Positions 19,771 to 31,601 of a stretch of DNA of 64,000 nt are shown piece by piece. Position 1 is the first letter of the stretch; each line of letters begins with the position of its first letter. Both the position numbers and the translations under genes were made by a program. Below the pieces are notes generated by a model that searched no databases, had not been told where the DNA came from, and saw nothing but the letters and a program-made list of their open reading frames with translations. The DNA is taken from the NCBI RefSeq assembly GCF_028368995.1, contig NZ_JAQNDL010000001.1:1920001-1984000 (forward strand), given 5' to 3'. The stretch comes from Nannocystis bainbridge. Its GTDB lineage: Bacteria; Myxococcota_A; Polyangia; Nannocystales; Nannocystaceae.

Positions 19771-20571
19771 TCACTTCGGCGCCAGCTTCGCCTTCGGATA
19801 CAGCACGATCTCGATGCGGCGGTTCTTCGCCTTCGACTTGCTGCTCGGGCGGTACTGACCGAACGCGACCGCGGCCAGCCGCGACGGATCGATCTTCGTC
19901 TCGTCCTGAAGATAGTGGACGACGGTCAGCGCGCGCGCGGCCGACAGCTCCCAGTTGGTGACGAACGGCAGCACCGCGTCGTTGGGGGCCGGCGGCTCCT
20001 CGCCCTTCGCGGCCTTCGGGTCGGCCTTGGCGGTCTTGTCGGCCTTGTCGCCCTTCTTGGCCTTGGCCTCTTCGCCCTTCTTCGGCTTGCGAATCACGAT
20101 CGGCGAGTCGTCGGTGTGCCCCTGAACCCACACTTGCTTGTCCTCGATGTCCTTCAGGGCCGCGCCGACCTGCGCCAGCACCTCGCGGCCGTTGTCGGTG
20201 AGGTCGGCCTCGCCGACCGGGAACAGGATCTTGTCGATCAGCTCGACGCGGACCATCCCGTCCTCGGTGGTGACGTCGCCGAACTTGCCGACCACCTCGG
20301 TCAGCTTCTTCTGCAGCGCCTCGGCCTCGTCGGCCTTGACCTTGAGCTCGGTCTCCGACTTGCGCAGGACCTCGCCTTCGGCCTTCTGCGCGTCGAGCTC
20401 GCGCTTGGCCGCGGCCAGCTCTTCCTCGAGCTGCTGCACCCGCGGGTTCGCGCCGGGCTCGGCCTCGCGTGAAGCTGCGGAGCCGGACCCGCCCGGTTGC
20501 TGCGCGCCGCAGGCAGAGCCTGCGATGAATGCCGCGACGGCGACGACTGCACGGAGATGCTTGTTCGGCAT
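19771..20571 (-). CDS. OmpA/MotB-family peptidoglycan-binding lipoprotein
   Basis: GSAC lipobox, coiled coil, ILFPVGEADL, VQGHTD, NWELSAARA..V, NRRIEI. Confidence 0.9.
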   Translation of the reverse strand: MPNKHLRAVVAVAAFIAGSACGAQQPGGSGSAASREAEPGANPRVQQLEEELAAAKRELDAQKAEGEVLRKSETELKVKADEAEALQKKLTEVVGKFGDVTTEDGMVRVELIDKILFPVGEADLTDNGREVLAQVGAALKDIEDKQVWVQGHTDDSPIVIRKPKKGEEAKAKKGDKADKTAKADPKAAKGEEPPAPNDAVLPFVTNWELSAARALTVVHYLQDETKIDPSRLAAVAFGQYRPSSKSKAKNRRIEIVLYPKAKLAPK

Positions 20572-21214
20572 GGCGAAAGCGTAGCGGACTCGCGGCCGGC
20601 GCGGGAGCCCGCGATCGTCGATCGGCTCCGCGGGCCACGGTCGGGGTCGCTGGCCCGCACGCGAGCTCGCGGGGCCTGCGCCGAATGTGACACTATGGTC
20701 ATTGTAGCGGACGGGCCGCGCCCGCGTTTGCCGCCCTCGGGTCGCGATGTCCGCCGACCGGTCGGCTCGGACACGGCGTTGCGCGGCCGCTCCGGTGACG
20801 TCGATCACGGCTATCATTCAGCGATCGGGCGATCACCGGCGATCGGGAATTACCCGCAGCGTTCGTCGCGCAATGTGCGGACTCCCCGCGAAGGGGCGGA
20901 GATACACACAGCATAATCCCGAGGATCAGCGCGGAGTTCTCCCGCGTGGGGGCCTAGGGCCGCACGAAGAACATCGTTGGGGGCGCCGTTGCACCGTCCT
21001 CACGGACGGATCACGACTATCGGGCGTGATCGGCGTGACTACGAGCGGACGTGACGACGAAAAAATAACTGGGCCTGAACGGGGCCGATCGTGCATTCTC
21101 AGTACCACTTCGGGGCGCGAATGGCGCCTCCGAGTGAGCGCATTCGTACGCGCGGACGAATGCGCGTCCGTCCACCATTCCATTGGTCATTACCCGCAAT
21201 ACAGAGAGAACGTC

Positions 21215-21439
21215 ATGAAGAACGACAAGAAGAGCAAGAAGCAGCTGAAGGACCTGTTCATCGAGGACCTCGGCCAGGTCACCGGCGGCAAGGGCCCGAT
21301 CTACACCACGCTCGCCCTCGGCGAGGAGGGCCCGGAGCCCACCACGCTCGCCATCGGCGAGGAGGACCCGCCGATGACCACCCTCGCCATCGGCGAGGAG
21401 GGCGGCGGCCCGACCACCAAGGCGCTGGGCGAGGAATAG
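21215..21439 (+). CDS. Graspetide (plesiocin-type) precursor peptide with four TTxxxxEE cores
   Basis: Leader with LFIEDL and VTGG double-glycine site; cores TTLALGEE, TTLAIGEE, TTLAIGEE, TTKALGEE. Confidence 0.95.
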   Translation: MKNDKKSKKQLKDLFIEDLGQVTGGKGPIYTTLALGEEGPEPTTLAIGEEDPPMTTLAIGEEGGGPTTKALGEE

Positions 21440-21446
21440 CCCGTCT

Positions 21447-21485
21447 GCGAGCGCCGGGGGCGGCTCGTCTGCCCCCGGCGCTCGC
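21447..21485 (+). terminator. Strong stem-loop between precursor and ATP-grasp gene (attenuator/RNA stabiliser)
   Basis: GCGAGCGCCGGGGGC-9nt-GCCCCCGGCGCTCGC, a perfect 15-bp stem with no U-tract. Confidence 0.6.
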
Positions 21486-21539
21486 CGCTTCGTCCGCGTC
21501 GCTCGCCCCTGCAACCTCGTACTCTCCAGGCGTTTTTCC

Positions 21540-22487
21540 ATGTCCGATTCTCCGATCGTCATCGTCGGCTCGCTCCAAGATCCGCACGCGGCCGCCGTCT
21601 TCGAGGGAGTGCGCGCCCGCGGCTGCGAGCCGGTGGTGCTCGACGCCCAGCAGTTCCCGGAGGACCTGCCGATCGCGCTCGGCGAGGCGCCCGAGGACAT
21701 CGTGATCGCGGGCCGCCGCGTCGGTCGCCCCGCGGCCGTGTACGTGCGCAGCCTCTACCAGAGCCCCGCGGCCTACGGCGTCGACGCCGACGAGGCCATG
21801 AAGGAGGACTGGCGGCGCACGACCCTGGCGTTCCGCGAGCGCTCGACCCTGCTGTCGGCGATCCTGCTGCGCTGGGAGGCGCTGGGCGCCGCGTTCTACA
21901 ACCCGACGGGCACCGCCCACAACATCACCAAGCCGTACCAGATCGCGCTGCTGCAGGCCGCCGGCCTGCCGGTGCCGGCCACGCTGTGGACCAACGATCC
22001 CGCGGCGGTGCGGCGGTTCTGCGACCTCCACGGCGACGTCGTCTACAAGCCGGTCGCCGGCGGCGCCGCGACCCGCAAGGTCGAGGCCAAGGACCTCGTC
22101 GACGAGCGCCTGGACAAGCTCCAGGCCGCGCCGGTGTGCTTCCAGGAGCTGCTGCCGGGCGACGACGTGCGCGTCTACGTGATCGACGGCGCCGTCGTGT
22201 GCGCCCTGCGGATCGTCACCGACGCGATCGATTTCCGCCAGAACGAGCAGCGCATCGAGCCGATCGCGCTCGACGACGCCGTCGCCCGCGAGTGCGTGCG
22301 CGCGGCCGAGATCATCGGCCTGCGCTACACCGGCATGGACATCAAGGCCGACCGCCACGGCCGCTCCAGGATCCTCGAGCTGAACCCCTCGGCGATGTTC
22401 CTCGGCTTCGAGGCCCGCGCCGGCGTCGACATCCGCGGCCCGCTGTGCGACGCTCTGCTCGCGCATCGGGGCCGACGCGGCGCCTGA
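21540..22487 (+). CDS. ATP-grasp ligase, graspetide macrocyclase (PsnB-like)
   Basis: KPYQIALL..AGLPVPATLWTND, VVYKPVAGG, FQELLPG.DVRVYV, DFR, GMDI, LELNPS; directly after precursor. Confidence 0.92.
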   Translation: MSDSPIVIVGSLQDPHAAAVFEGVRARGCEPVVLDAQQFPEDLPIALGEAPEDIVIAGRRVGRPAAVYVRSLYQSPAAYGVDADEAMKEDWRRTTLAFRERSTLLSAILLRWEALGAAFYNPTGTAHNITKPYQIALLQAAGLPVPATLWTNDPAAVRRFCDLHGDVVYKPVAGGAATRKVEAKDLVDERLDKLQAAPVCFQELLPGDDVRVYVIDGAVVCALRIVTDAIDFRQNEQRIEPIALDDAVARECVRAAEIIGLRYTGMDIKADRHGRSRILELNPSAMFLGFEARAGVDIRGPLCDALLAHRGRRGA

Positions 22488-22495
22488 GGGACACC

Positions 22496-23455
22496 GTGAG
22501 CGAGCCCAGAAACCACGAGGCGGACCAGGCCGCGCGGCGCGTCGTGTTTCGCGACGCCGCCCTCGCGGCCCACCGCGGCGCCTCGCGGCCCGGGCACCCG
22601 CTGCACATCGTCCCCACCTGGACGCGCTGGGCCGTCACCGTGACCCTCTTGCTGGTCGGCGCCGGCCTGGTGTTCGCCGCCACCGTGCGCGTCGGCGAGT
22701 ACGCCGAGGGCCGCGCGGTGGTCCGCCGCGAGGGTCGGCTCGTCGTCACCACCTCCGCCTCCGGCACCGTGCAGAGCATCCCCGTGCGCCTCGGCCAGCG
22801 CGTCGAGGCCGGCGAGGTGCTGGTGCGCCTCGACGACGCCTCGCAGCGGGCCGAGCTCGCGCGCGTCGAGCGAGAGTACGAGCAGCGCCTGGTCGAGCTG
22901 CTGCGGGCCCCCGCCGACGACACCCGGCGCGAGCGCCTGGCCGCGCTCGACGGCCAATTGCAGCTCGCGCGCGCGCGGGCGGCCGAGCGCTCGGTGGTCG
23001 CGCCGGAGCCCGGCGTGGTGTCCGACGTGCGCGTGCGCCCGGGCCAGGCGCTGGCGCCCGGCGACGCCGTCGTCGCGGTCGAGCAGGACGCCGCCCAGAC
23101 CGTCGTCGTCGGCCTGTTCCCCGGCCACTACCGGCCGCTGCTCGGCGCCGCCGACACCCGCCTGTCGCTCGCGCTCGAGGGCTTCCCCGACAGCCGCCAG
23201 GACGTCGTCGTGCGCACGGTCGCCGACGAGGTCGTCGGTCCGGCCGAGGCCATGCGCTACCTCGGCCGCGACCGCGAGGGCGCGCTCGACCTCAGCGGCC
23301 CGGTGGTGGTCGTCGTCACCGTCTTGCCGGCCGACACCTTCGTCGCCGACGGCACCGAGTACCGCGTCTACGACGGCATGCAGGGCACGCTCGAGGCCAA
23401 GGTGCGCTCGGCGACGCTGCTGGAGACCCTGGTCCCGGCGCTGCAACAACTCTGA
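22496..23455 (+). CDS. HlyD-family membrane fusion protein
   Basis: FRxxAL N-terminus, TM helix, lipoyl-like GTVQSIPVRLGQRVEAGEVLVRLD, VVAPEPGVV. Confidence 0.85.
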   Translation: MSEPRNHEADQAARRVVFRDAALAAHRGASRPGHPLHIVPTWTRWAVTVTLLLVGAGLVFAATVRVGEYAEGRAVVRREGRLVVTTSASGTVQSIPVRLGQRVEAGEVLVRLDDASQRAELARVEREYEQRLVELLRAPADDTRRERLAALDGQLQLARARAAERSVVAPEPGVVSDVRVRPGQALAPGDAVVAVEQDAAQTVVVGLFPGHYRPLLGAADTRLSLALEGFPDSRQDVVVRTVADEVVGPAEAMRYLGRDREGALDLSGPVVVVVTVLPADTFVADGTEYRVYDGMQGTLEAKVRSATLLETLVPALQQL

Positions 23456-23470
23456 GATCGGCCGCCCGTC

Positions 23471-25674
<2,204 letters not shown>

Positions 25675-25678
<4 letters not shown>

Positions 25679-26727
25679 CGCTCCCGTACAAAATGGATGC
25701 TCGTTCGGACATGTCCCTCTCGACATGCCCCGAGAGACATCTCGACACCTCGACCGGCGCGGGCTTGCGAACCCGGCAGCGTCATGCCGCGCTGCCCGAC
25801 CGGCCACAGCCGCCGCGCTCGCCCGCCCGCCGGCGATTCGTCGCCACGGCACGACATGTCCTCGCGGACATGTCCTTCGTGCCATGCCTGCTCGCCGCCC
25901 TGCTCGCCGCCTGCAGCGAGCCCGCGCCCGCACGGGTCGACGCCGCCCCGGCCGAGCACCGCCCCGCGTCCACCACCGCGCCCGCCCTCGCCCCCGCGCC
26001 GATGGTCGGCGTGCTGGTGCCCGAGGCCGAGGTCGTGCTGGTCTCGTCCGGCTTCTCGCGGCTGGAGCGGCTCGACCTCGAGGTCGGCGACCACGTCGAC
26101 CAGGGGGAGGTCGTCGCCGAGATGGACGTGCGCGGCGATCGCAGCGAGCTCGCGGCCGCGACCGCCGCGTGGAAGGCCTCGAGCGCCGAGCTCGAGCGGC
26201 TCGAGCTCGAGCTCGATCGGGCCCGGGTCACCCGCGCCGACGTCGAGCAGCTCGAGGACTACGTCTCGCGCGCCGAGCTCCGCGAGCAGCGCTACGCCGA
26301 GAAGCTCGCGGCCGCCCGCAAGCGCGGGGCCGGGGCCTCGATGTCGCAGCAGCGCAGCAAGATGGAGGAGGCCACCGCGCGGATCGCCGAGGCCGAGCTG
26401 CGGGCCCCGTTCGCCGGCGTCATCGCCAGCCGCCACGTCGACGCCGGCGCCACCTTGACCGCTGGCGAGCCGGTCGTGCGCCTGATCTCCGACGCCCGCG
26501 TGCTCCGCTTCGCCGTCCCCGAGGCCCGCAGCCAGGCCCTGCGCCTCGGCGCCCCCGTCAGCGTGCGCTTCGCCGGCGGCCCCGAGGTCGCCGCCGAGGT
26601 GATCACGATCGCCCCCGAGATCGAGGTCGGCACCCGGCTGATCTTCGCCGAGGCGCGCCTCGCCGGCGACCAGGCCGCGGCCCTGCGCGTCGGCACCGTC
26701 GCCGAGGTCCGCTTCGCCGGCGACTGA
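25675..26727 (+). CDS. Efflux RND/HlyD periplasmic adaptor lipoprotein (alternative start 25870)
   Basis: GGGAGG + GTGA overlap with PCAT stop; LLAAC lipobox; VGDHVDQGEVVA, LRAPFAGVI. Confidence 0.8.
25693..25889. repeat. Two 14-bp-period CATG arrays inside the adaptor gene 5' end
   Basis: Cores at 25710/25724/25738 and 25855/25869/25883. Confidence 0.8.
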
Positions 26728-26780
26728 ACGCATGCCTCTCGGGACATGCCCCAAAGAACATGTCTTCAAATTTATGTTCA
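26728..26780. repeat. 14-bp-period CATG array after the cluster's last stop
   Basis: Cores at 26731, 26745, 26759 and degenerate 26773. Confidence 0.8.
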
Positions 26781-26860
26781 CTCAAACGCGAACGATCCGC
26801 CGGTCGCCCGTTCGCCGCTGAGCCCTCGTGCCGCCGCGCCATCCGCGATAAGGTCGTGGC

Positions 26861-27140
26861 GTGGGCCTCTTCGACCTCTTCAAGCGCAAGGCCGCGGCCG
26901 ACCAACCGCCGCGCCGACCAGCCCTGCCCGCCCGCCCTCGCGCGACCAGGCCGACTGGCAACGCCGGCTGCTGGAACACGCCCATCAGTGCCACGCCGCC
27001 CGACCGATCCCCGCGCGCGAGGTCATGGACCCGGCACTCTGTGGGGCCCGCGCCACGGGCTGCAGGTCGAGAACCTGTGGAGCTGGGACGGATCGCAGCT
27101 CGACCTCGTCGAGGAGGCGATCGCCCACCAGCGCTACTGA
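26861..27140 (+). pseudogene. Possible frameshifted/deleted small gene remnant
   Basis: Protein-like N-terminus MGLFDLFKRK in one frame and protein-like C-terminus LWGPRHG..VENLWSWDGSQLDLVEEAI..QRY in another. Confidence 0.3.
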
Positions 27141-27220
27141 CCGACCTCGTCCAATGATTTTCTCGCGTTCGTCGCGCGCCGAGAAACCTCCCGCCCGCCG
27201 CGCGCATCCGAGACACATCC

Positions 27221-27829
27221 ATGCTTCGCCCCCTCCTGTGTTCGCGCCGACGTCTGGGCGCCGCGCTCGGCCTGGCGGGCCTGCTCGCCCTGCCGACGAG
27301 CGCCTGCAAGCCCGCCACGCCCTCCACCGCCCCCGCGTCGGCCCCCGAGCCCGAGGCCGCCGTGGCCCTCACCACCGTCCTCTTCACGCGCCACGGCGAG
27401 AAGGCCACCGACGATCCGCGCGATCCGGGCCTGAGCCCCGCCGGTGAGGCGCGCGCGCAGGCGCTGGCCGCCCTGCTCGTGCGCGCCGGCGTCACCCACC
27501 TGTTCGCCAGCGAATACCGGCGCACCCAGGCGACCCTGCGCCCGCTCGCCGACGCCACCGGCGTGCAGATCGCCGTCCTGCCCGCCGGCGCCCCGCAGGA
27601 GCTCGTCGCGGCCCTGCGCGCGCTCCCGGCCGGGGCGGTGGCGGTCGTCGCCGGCCACTCCAACACCGTGCCCGGCCTCGTCGAGGCGCTCGGCGGCCAG
27701 GTGCGCGACACCGTCGAATCTGGCGGCCAGCCGAACCTCCCCGACGACGCCTACGATCGCCTGTTCGTCGTCACCCTGCCGGGCGCGCGCGGCCAGGTCC
27801 ACACGCTCGAGCTGCGCTACCGCCCGTGA
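27221..27829 (+). CDS. Histidine phosphatase (phosphoglycerate mutase/SixA-like), exported
   Basis: RHGEK, LSPAG..RA, SEYRRT..T, GHSNTVP; N-terminal signal/lipobox. Confidence 0.88.
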   Translation: MLRPLLCSRRRLGAALGLAGLLALPTSACKPATPSTAPASAPEPEAAVALTTVLFTRHGEKATDDPRDPGLSPAGEARAQALAALLVRAGVTHLFASEYRRTQATLRPLADATGVQIAVLPAGAPQELVAALRALPAGAVAVVAGHSNTVPGLVEALGGQVRDTVESGGQPNLPDDAYDRLFVVTLPGARGQVHTLELRYRP

Positions 27830-27844
27830 GCCGCGCCGGCGCGG

Positions 27845-29040
27845 TCACGCCTCGAACAGGTCCGCGTCCGGATCTCGCTCGCCCCGGATCGCCGCCGCCA
27901 CGATCTCGCTGGCGATCGCCGAGTACGTGATGCCATTGCCGCCGAACCCCATCACCGCCCACGCGTGCGGCAGCCCGGGCACCGCCGCGATGCGCGGCAG
28001 CCCGGTGGCGCTGGTCCCGAACGCGCCGGCCCAGCGGTGTTCGACCTTCAGCGTCAATGCCGGCAGCAGCTCGCCCAGCGCCGCCACCACCTGCGCGCAT
28101 TTGCGGCGCAGCCGCTCCGGGTCGGCGTGGGCCGTCGGCCCGTCCTCGTCTTCGCCGCCGGCCACCACCCGGCCGTCGGGCGTGGTCCTCACATACAGGT
28201 ACGGCGACGACGCCTCCCACACCAGCGTGCGCTTCAGCCACTCCGGGCAGCGCGTGCGCGGCCGCGACGCCAGCGCCCAGGTCGACACCACCTTCGCCCC
28301 GTCGGTCGGCACGCACTTCGGGAATTCATAGCCGCAGCAGAACACCACCGCCCGGGCGCGCACCGCCGGCCCCGCCGTCGTCGTCAGCGTCACCCCCTCC
28401 GGATCGCCGAAAGCCTCCGCCACCTCGACCGGCGATCGATCGCCCGGCGCAGCAGCCCTGCCGTCAATCGCCCCGGGTCGGCGCAAGCTGACCCTTCGGA
28501 CAGGATCGCCCCCGTGCGCGGCACCGCGAACCGCTCGCGCAGCTCCTCCGCCGCCACGAACCGGCTGGGCAGCCCCAGCTCGGCCCGCGCCGCCGCCTCC
28601 TCCTCCAGCGCCCGCGCTCCGTACAGGTCACCGGCCACGTACAGCGTCGCCCGCGGCTGCAGCCCGCAGCGGATCCGATCCTCGGCCACGATCTCGCGCA
28701 GCGCCGCCACCCCCGCGTACGAGCGCGCATAGGCCCGCCGCGCCCGCGCCGGACCGACGCGCCGTCCCAGGTCGACCAGCGAGCGATCGATCTCCCACTG
28801 GATCAGCGCCGTCGAAGCGATCGTCGAGCCCATCAGCGGCGCCCGGCGGTCGAGCACCGCCACCGTGTGATCGCGGGCCAGCTCGCGGGCCATCAGCGCC
28901 CCGCTGACGCCCGCGCCGACCACCGCCACATCGACCGCGATCGCCTCCGTCAGCGGCCGCACCGGCACCCCGAGGCCCGGGCTGAGGGTCCACAACGAGC
29001 GGCCGGTACGGAGATTTCGCTCGCGGGTGAGACGGGCCAT
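27845..29040 (-). pseudogene. FAD-dependent oxidoreductase (DAO/PuuB-like) split by a frameshift
   Basis: GAGVSG..., GSTIAST in ORF 28390-29040; VVFCCGYE, YLYVRTT.DGR, GFGGNGIT in another frame (27845-28486); break near 28435. Confidence 0.8.
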
Positions 29041-29595
29041 GCGCGCGGACGGGCAAGCTAACACAGTTCTGTCCGGCCCACCGGGCCCGCGCCGCGGCCG
29101 AGTCCGGTGCATCGATTCAGGACACGCGTCGCGCCTCGGTCTCGGCCCGCGATCGCGACCGCCGCGACAGCACTGCTCGCTCCGCCGAGATCTCTCCTGC
29201 GTCCCCACGACGGGCCCCGTGGCAGGCAGCGAGCACGCGTCCAATCACGTCAGGGCGCGCGTGCGCACGAGCGAGCCAAACCGGCGACCAGCCTCTGGCG
29301 GAGCGGCGTCATCCACCTGCCATTGCCCGCGCGCCCGCCCCCGCAAACTCGTGCCATTGCCCCGCAGATTGCCACGACTCGCCGGTCGTACGAAATCGCG
29401 CCACCACTCATTATGCCTTCTTCACAGGCAGACTGGCGCACCGGCCATTCACGCTAGGACAAGTGCGTGTATCTCCGCCAGACTCTGCAGTTTGCCCACC
29501 CTGGCATCAACCCTACAGCTACCTCTACAAAGCTTCTCCCTGCAAATTTGCATCATCTTTGACGCCCTGTCGTCCGTGGCGCCCCGACCCGGCGT

Positions 29596-31029
29596 ATGCC
29601 AACCTCCCGCTATCCGGTCATGCCTGAGGTGTTATCCACCGGTTCATTGTTGTTGCGGGGACTGTTCACCGTCCGCAGCGAGGATCACGACGTGGTCCGG
29701 CGGGCGCGGTCGTTCATAACCCTCTGTATCACCTTCGCCGCGATCACCGTATTGCTGGCGATCCCGATCGGCCTCGCCGATCCGGCCGGCGACCTGCCGA
29801 TGAGCTTCGTCGTGCTCGCCTCGGTGATATGCAACTATAGCCTCGGTATCATGTTCGCGCGGCGCGGCTGGGTCGACCTCGCCGGCATATTCGTCAGCGC
29901 CAACCTCAGCCTCAGCGTCGCCGCCGCGATCCTGTTCCGCTTCCACGGGCTCAACGACGGCATCTGGTTTATGGCGCTCGGCGTGATCATCTCGGGCCTC
30001 GCCCTGCGCCCGCGGTTCATCTGGTGGATGCTCGCGCTCAACCTGGCGCTCACCACCCTCATGCTGGTGTACCTCCCGCCCAGCAGCCACGGCCCCTATT
30101 ACAACTTCGGCAAGCTGATGATCCTCGACGCCTTGCTGGTGACGACGGCGACCGCCGCCTTCATCGACGCCACCCGCAGCCGCGACCTGTTCCGCCGGCA
30201 GAACCGCGCCGTCGAGGACCTCAAGGTCGCCCGCGAGCGCGCCGACCTGGCCAACAACACCAAGAGCATCTTCCTCGCCAACATGTCGCACGAGCTGCGC
30301 ACCCCGCTCAACGCGATCATCGGCTTCTCCGAGATGCTCGAGGAGGACACCGACGATCCGGGCGTGCGCGCCGACCTGACCAAGATCCACGGCGCCGGCA
30401 GTCACCTGCTCGCCATCATCAGCGACATCCTCGACCTCTCCAAGGTCGAGGTCGGCAAGTTCGAGGTCCGGGCCGACTGGTTCGACCTCAGCGAGTTCGT
30501 GGCGCGCCTGCAGAGCCTCGCCGCGCCGCTCGCGGGCGTACACCGCAACCGGCTCGTCGTCTCGGGCGACGCCTCCGGGGCCGTGTTCACCGACGAGGTC
30601 CGCCTGCGCCAGGCCCTGCTCAACCTGCTCAGCAACGCCTGCAAGTTCACCGAGGGCGGCACCATCGAGCTGTCGATCCACAAGGTCTACGGCCGCGGCG
30701 AGACGAGCATCGAGTTCAAGGTCGTCGACACCGGCATCGGCATCGCCGCCGACGACCTCGAGCGGATCTACATGCCGTTCGTGCAGGTCGACGACAAGTC
30801 CACGCGGCGCCAGGGCGGCACCGGCCTCGGGCTCGCGCTCACGCGCGAGATCGTCCAGCTGCTCGGCGGCTGCATCAACGTCACCAGCCGCCTCGGCGTC
30901 GGCACCACCTTCACGATCGCCGTCCCGCGCCGCTGGACCGCCGAGCCCGCGCCGGCCCGCGTCCCCACGCTGCCGCCCCGCCGCGCCGTGGCCGCCCCGC
31001 TGACCGCCCTGCGCTCCCTCTCGCATTGA
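29596..31029 (+). CDS. Membrane sensor histidine kinase
   Basis: ~6 TM segments; FLANMSHELRTPLNAIIGFSE, NLLSNACKFT, DTGIG, GGTGLGL. Confidence 0.95.
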   Translation: MPTSRYPVMPEVLSTGSLLLRGLFTVRSEDHDVVRRARSFITLCITFAAITVLLAIPIGLADPAGDLPMSFVVLASVICNYSLGIMFARRGWVDLAGIFVSANLSLSVAAAILFRFHGLNDGIWFMALGVIISGLALRPRFIWWMLALNLALTTLMLVYLPPSSHGPYYNFGKLMILDALLVTTATAAFIDATRSRDLFRRQNRAVEDLKVARERADLANNTKSIFLANMSHELRTPLNAIIGFSEMLEEDTDDPGVRADLTKIHGAGSHLLAIISDILDLSKVEVGKFEVRADWFDLSEFVARLQSLAAPLAGVHRNRLVVSGDASGAVFTDEVRLRQALLNLLSNACKFTEGGTIELSIHKVYGRGETSIEFKVVDTGIGIAADDLERIYMPFVQVDDKSTRRQGGTGLGLALTREIVQLLGGCINVTSRLGVGTTFTIAVPRRWTAEPAPARVPTLPPRRAVAAPLTALRSLSH

Positions 31030-31060
31030 ACCGCGCGCGCCGGCCCGCGCGCGGTTTCTC
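31029..31060 (+). terminator. Putative terminator hairpin after kinase
   Basis: AACCGCGCGCG-CCGGCC-CGCGCGCGGTT followed by TCTC. Confidence 0.45.
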
Positions 31061-31146
31061 GCGCCGTTCGTAGCCGCGGTCACCCGCTCGCGCGCACGCC
31101 CATGCTTCGCCGCCGATCCGCGCAACGCTTGGTGGCCGGAGGAGAC

Positions 31147-31575
31147 ATGGGACATCACCATCACAAGCGCGGCGAGAATTGCCATCACGGCTGGTGGGCG
31201 ACCTCGGACGCGGCCGGCCATCATCACCACAAGCGCGGCCACGACTGCGGCCACGGCGTGTGGGCCACCGACTCGGTGAACGGCCACCACCATCACAAGC
31301 GCGGCGGTGATTGCGTCGAGCACCACCGCTGGGCCACCGGCGAAGACGTCGCCGACGGCCGCTTGCTGACCGACGAAGAGTTCTCCGACGACCCGGGCGT
31401 CGCCTGCGATCTCTCGACCACCGACCGCCGCCCGTACGCCGAGATCGAGGCCGAGCTGGCGACCGAGCCCGCCGCCGAGCTCGAGCCCGAGCTCGAGGCC
31501 GAGCTGGTCGCCGAGCTCACCGCCGAGTTCGCGCCCGAGCTCGCTGTCCCCGCCCCGCCGCCTGGCCCGCGCTGA
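31147..31575 (+). CDS. His/Cys-rich three-repeat protein with acidic tail
   Basis: GGAGGAG RBS; 3x GHHHHKRGxxCx(x)HxxWAT at 22-aa period; Glu-rich AELxxE tail. Confidence 0.8.
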   Translation: MGHHHHKRGENCHHGWWATSDAAGHHHHKRGHDCGHGVWATDSVNGHHHHKRGGDCVEHHRWATGEDVADGRLLTDEEFSDDPGVACDLSTTDRRPYAEIEAELATEPAAELEPELEAELVAELTAEFAPELAVPAPPPGPR

Positions 31576-31601
31576 CGCGCCGGACTCCGCTCCGGCCCCG
31601 C

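Noticed and set aside
20978-20992. Sigma-54-like GG-N10-GC (TGGGGGCGCCGTTGC) upstream of the RiPP precursor
   Set aside because: Poor match to TGGCAC; easily arises by chance in GC-rich DNA
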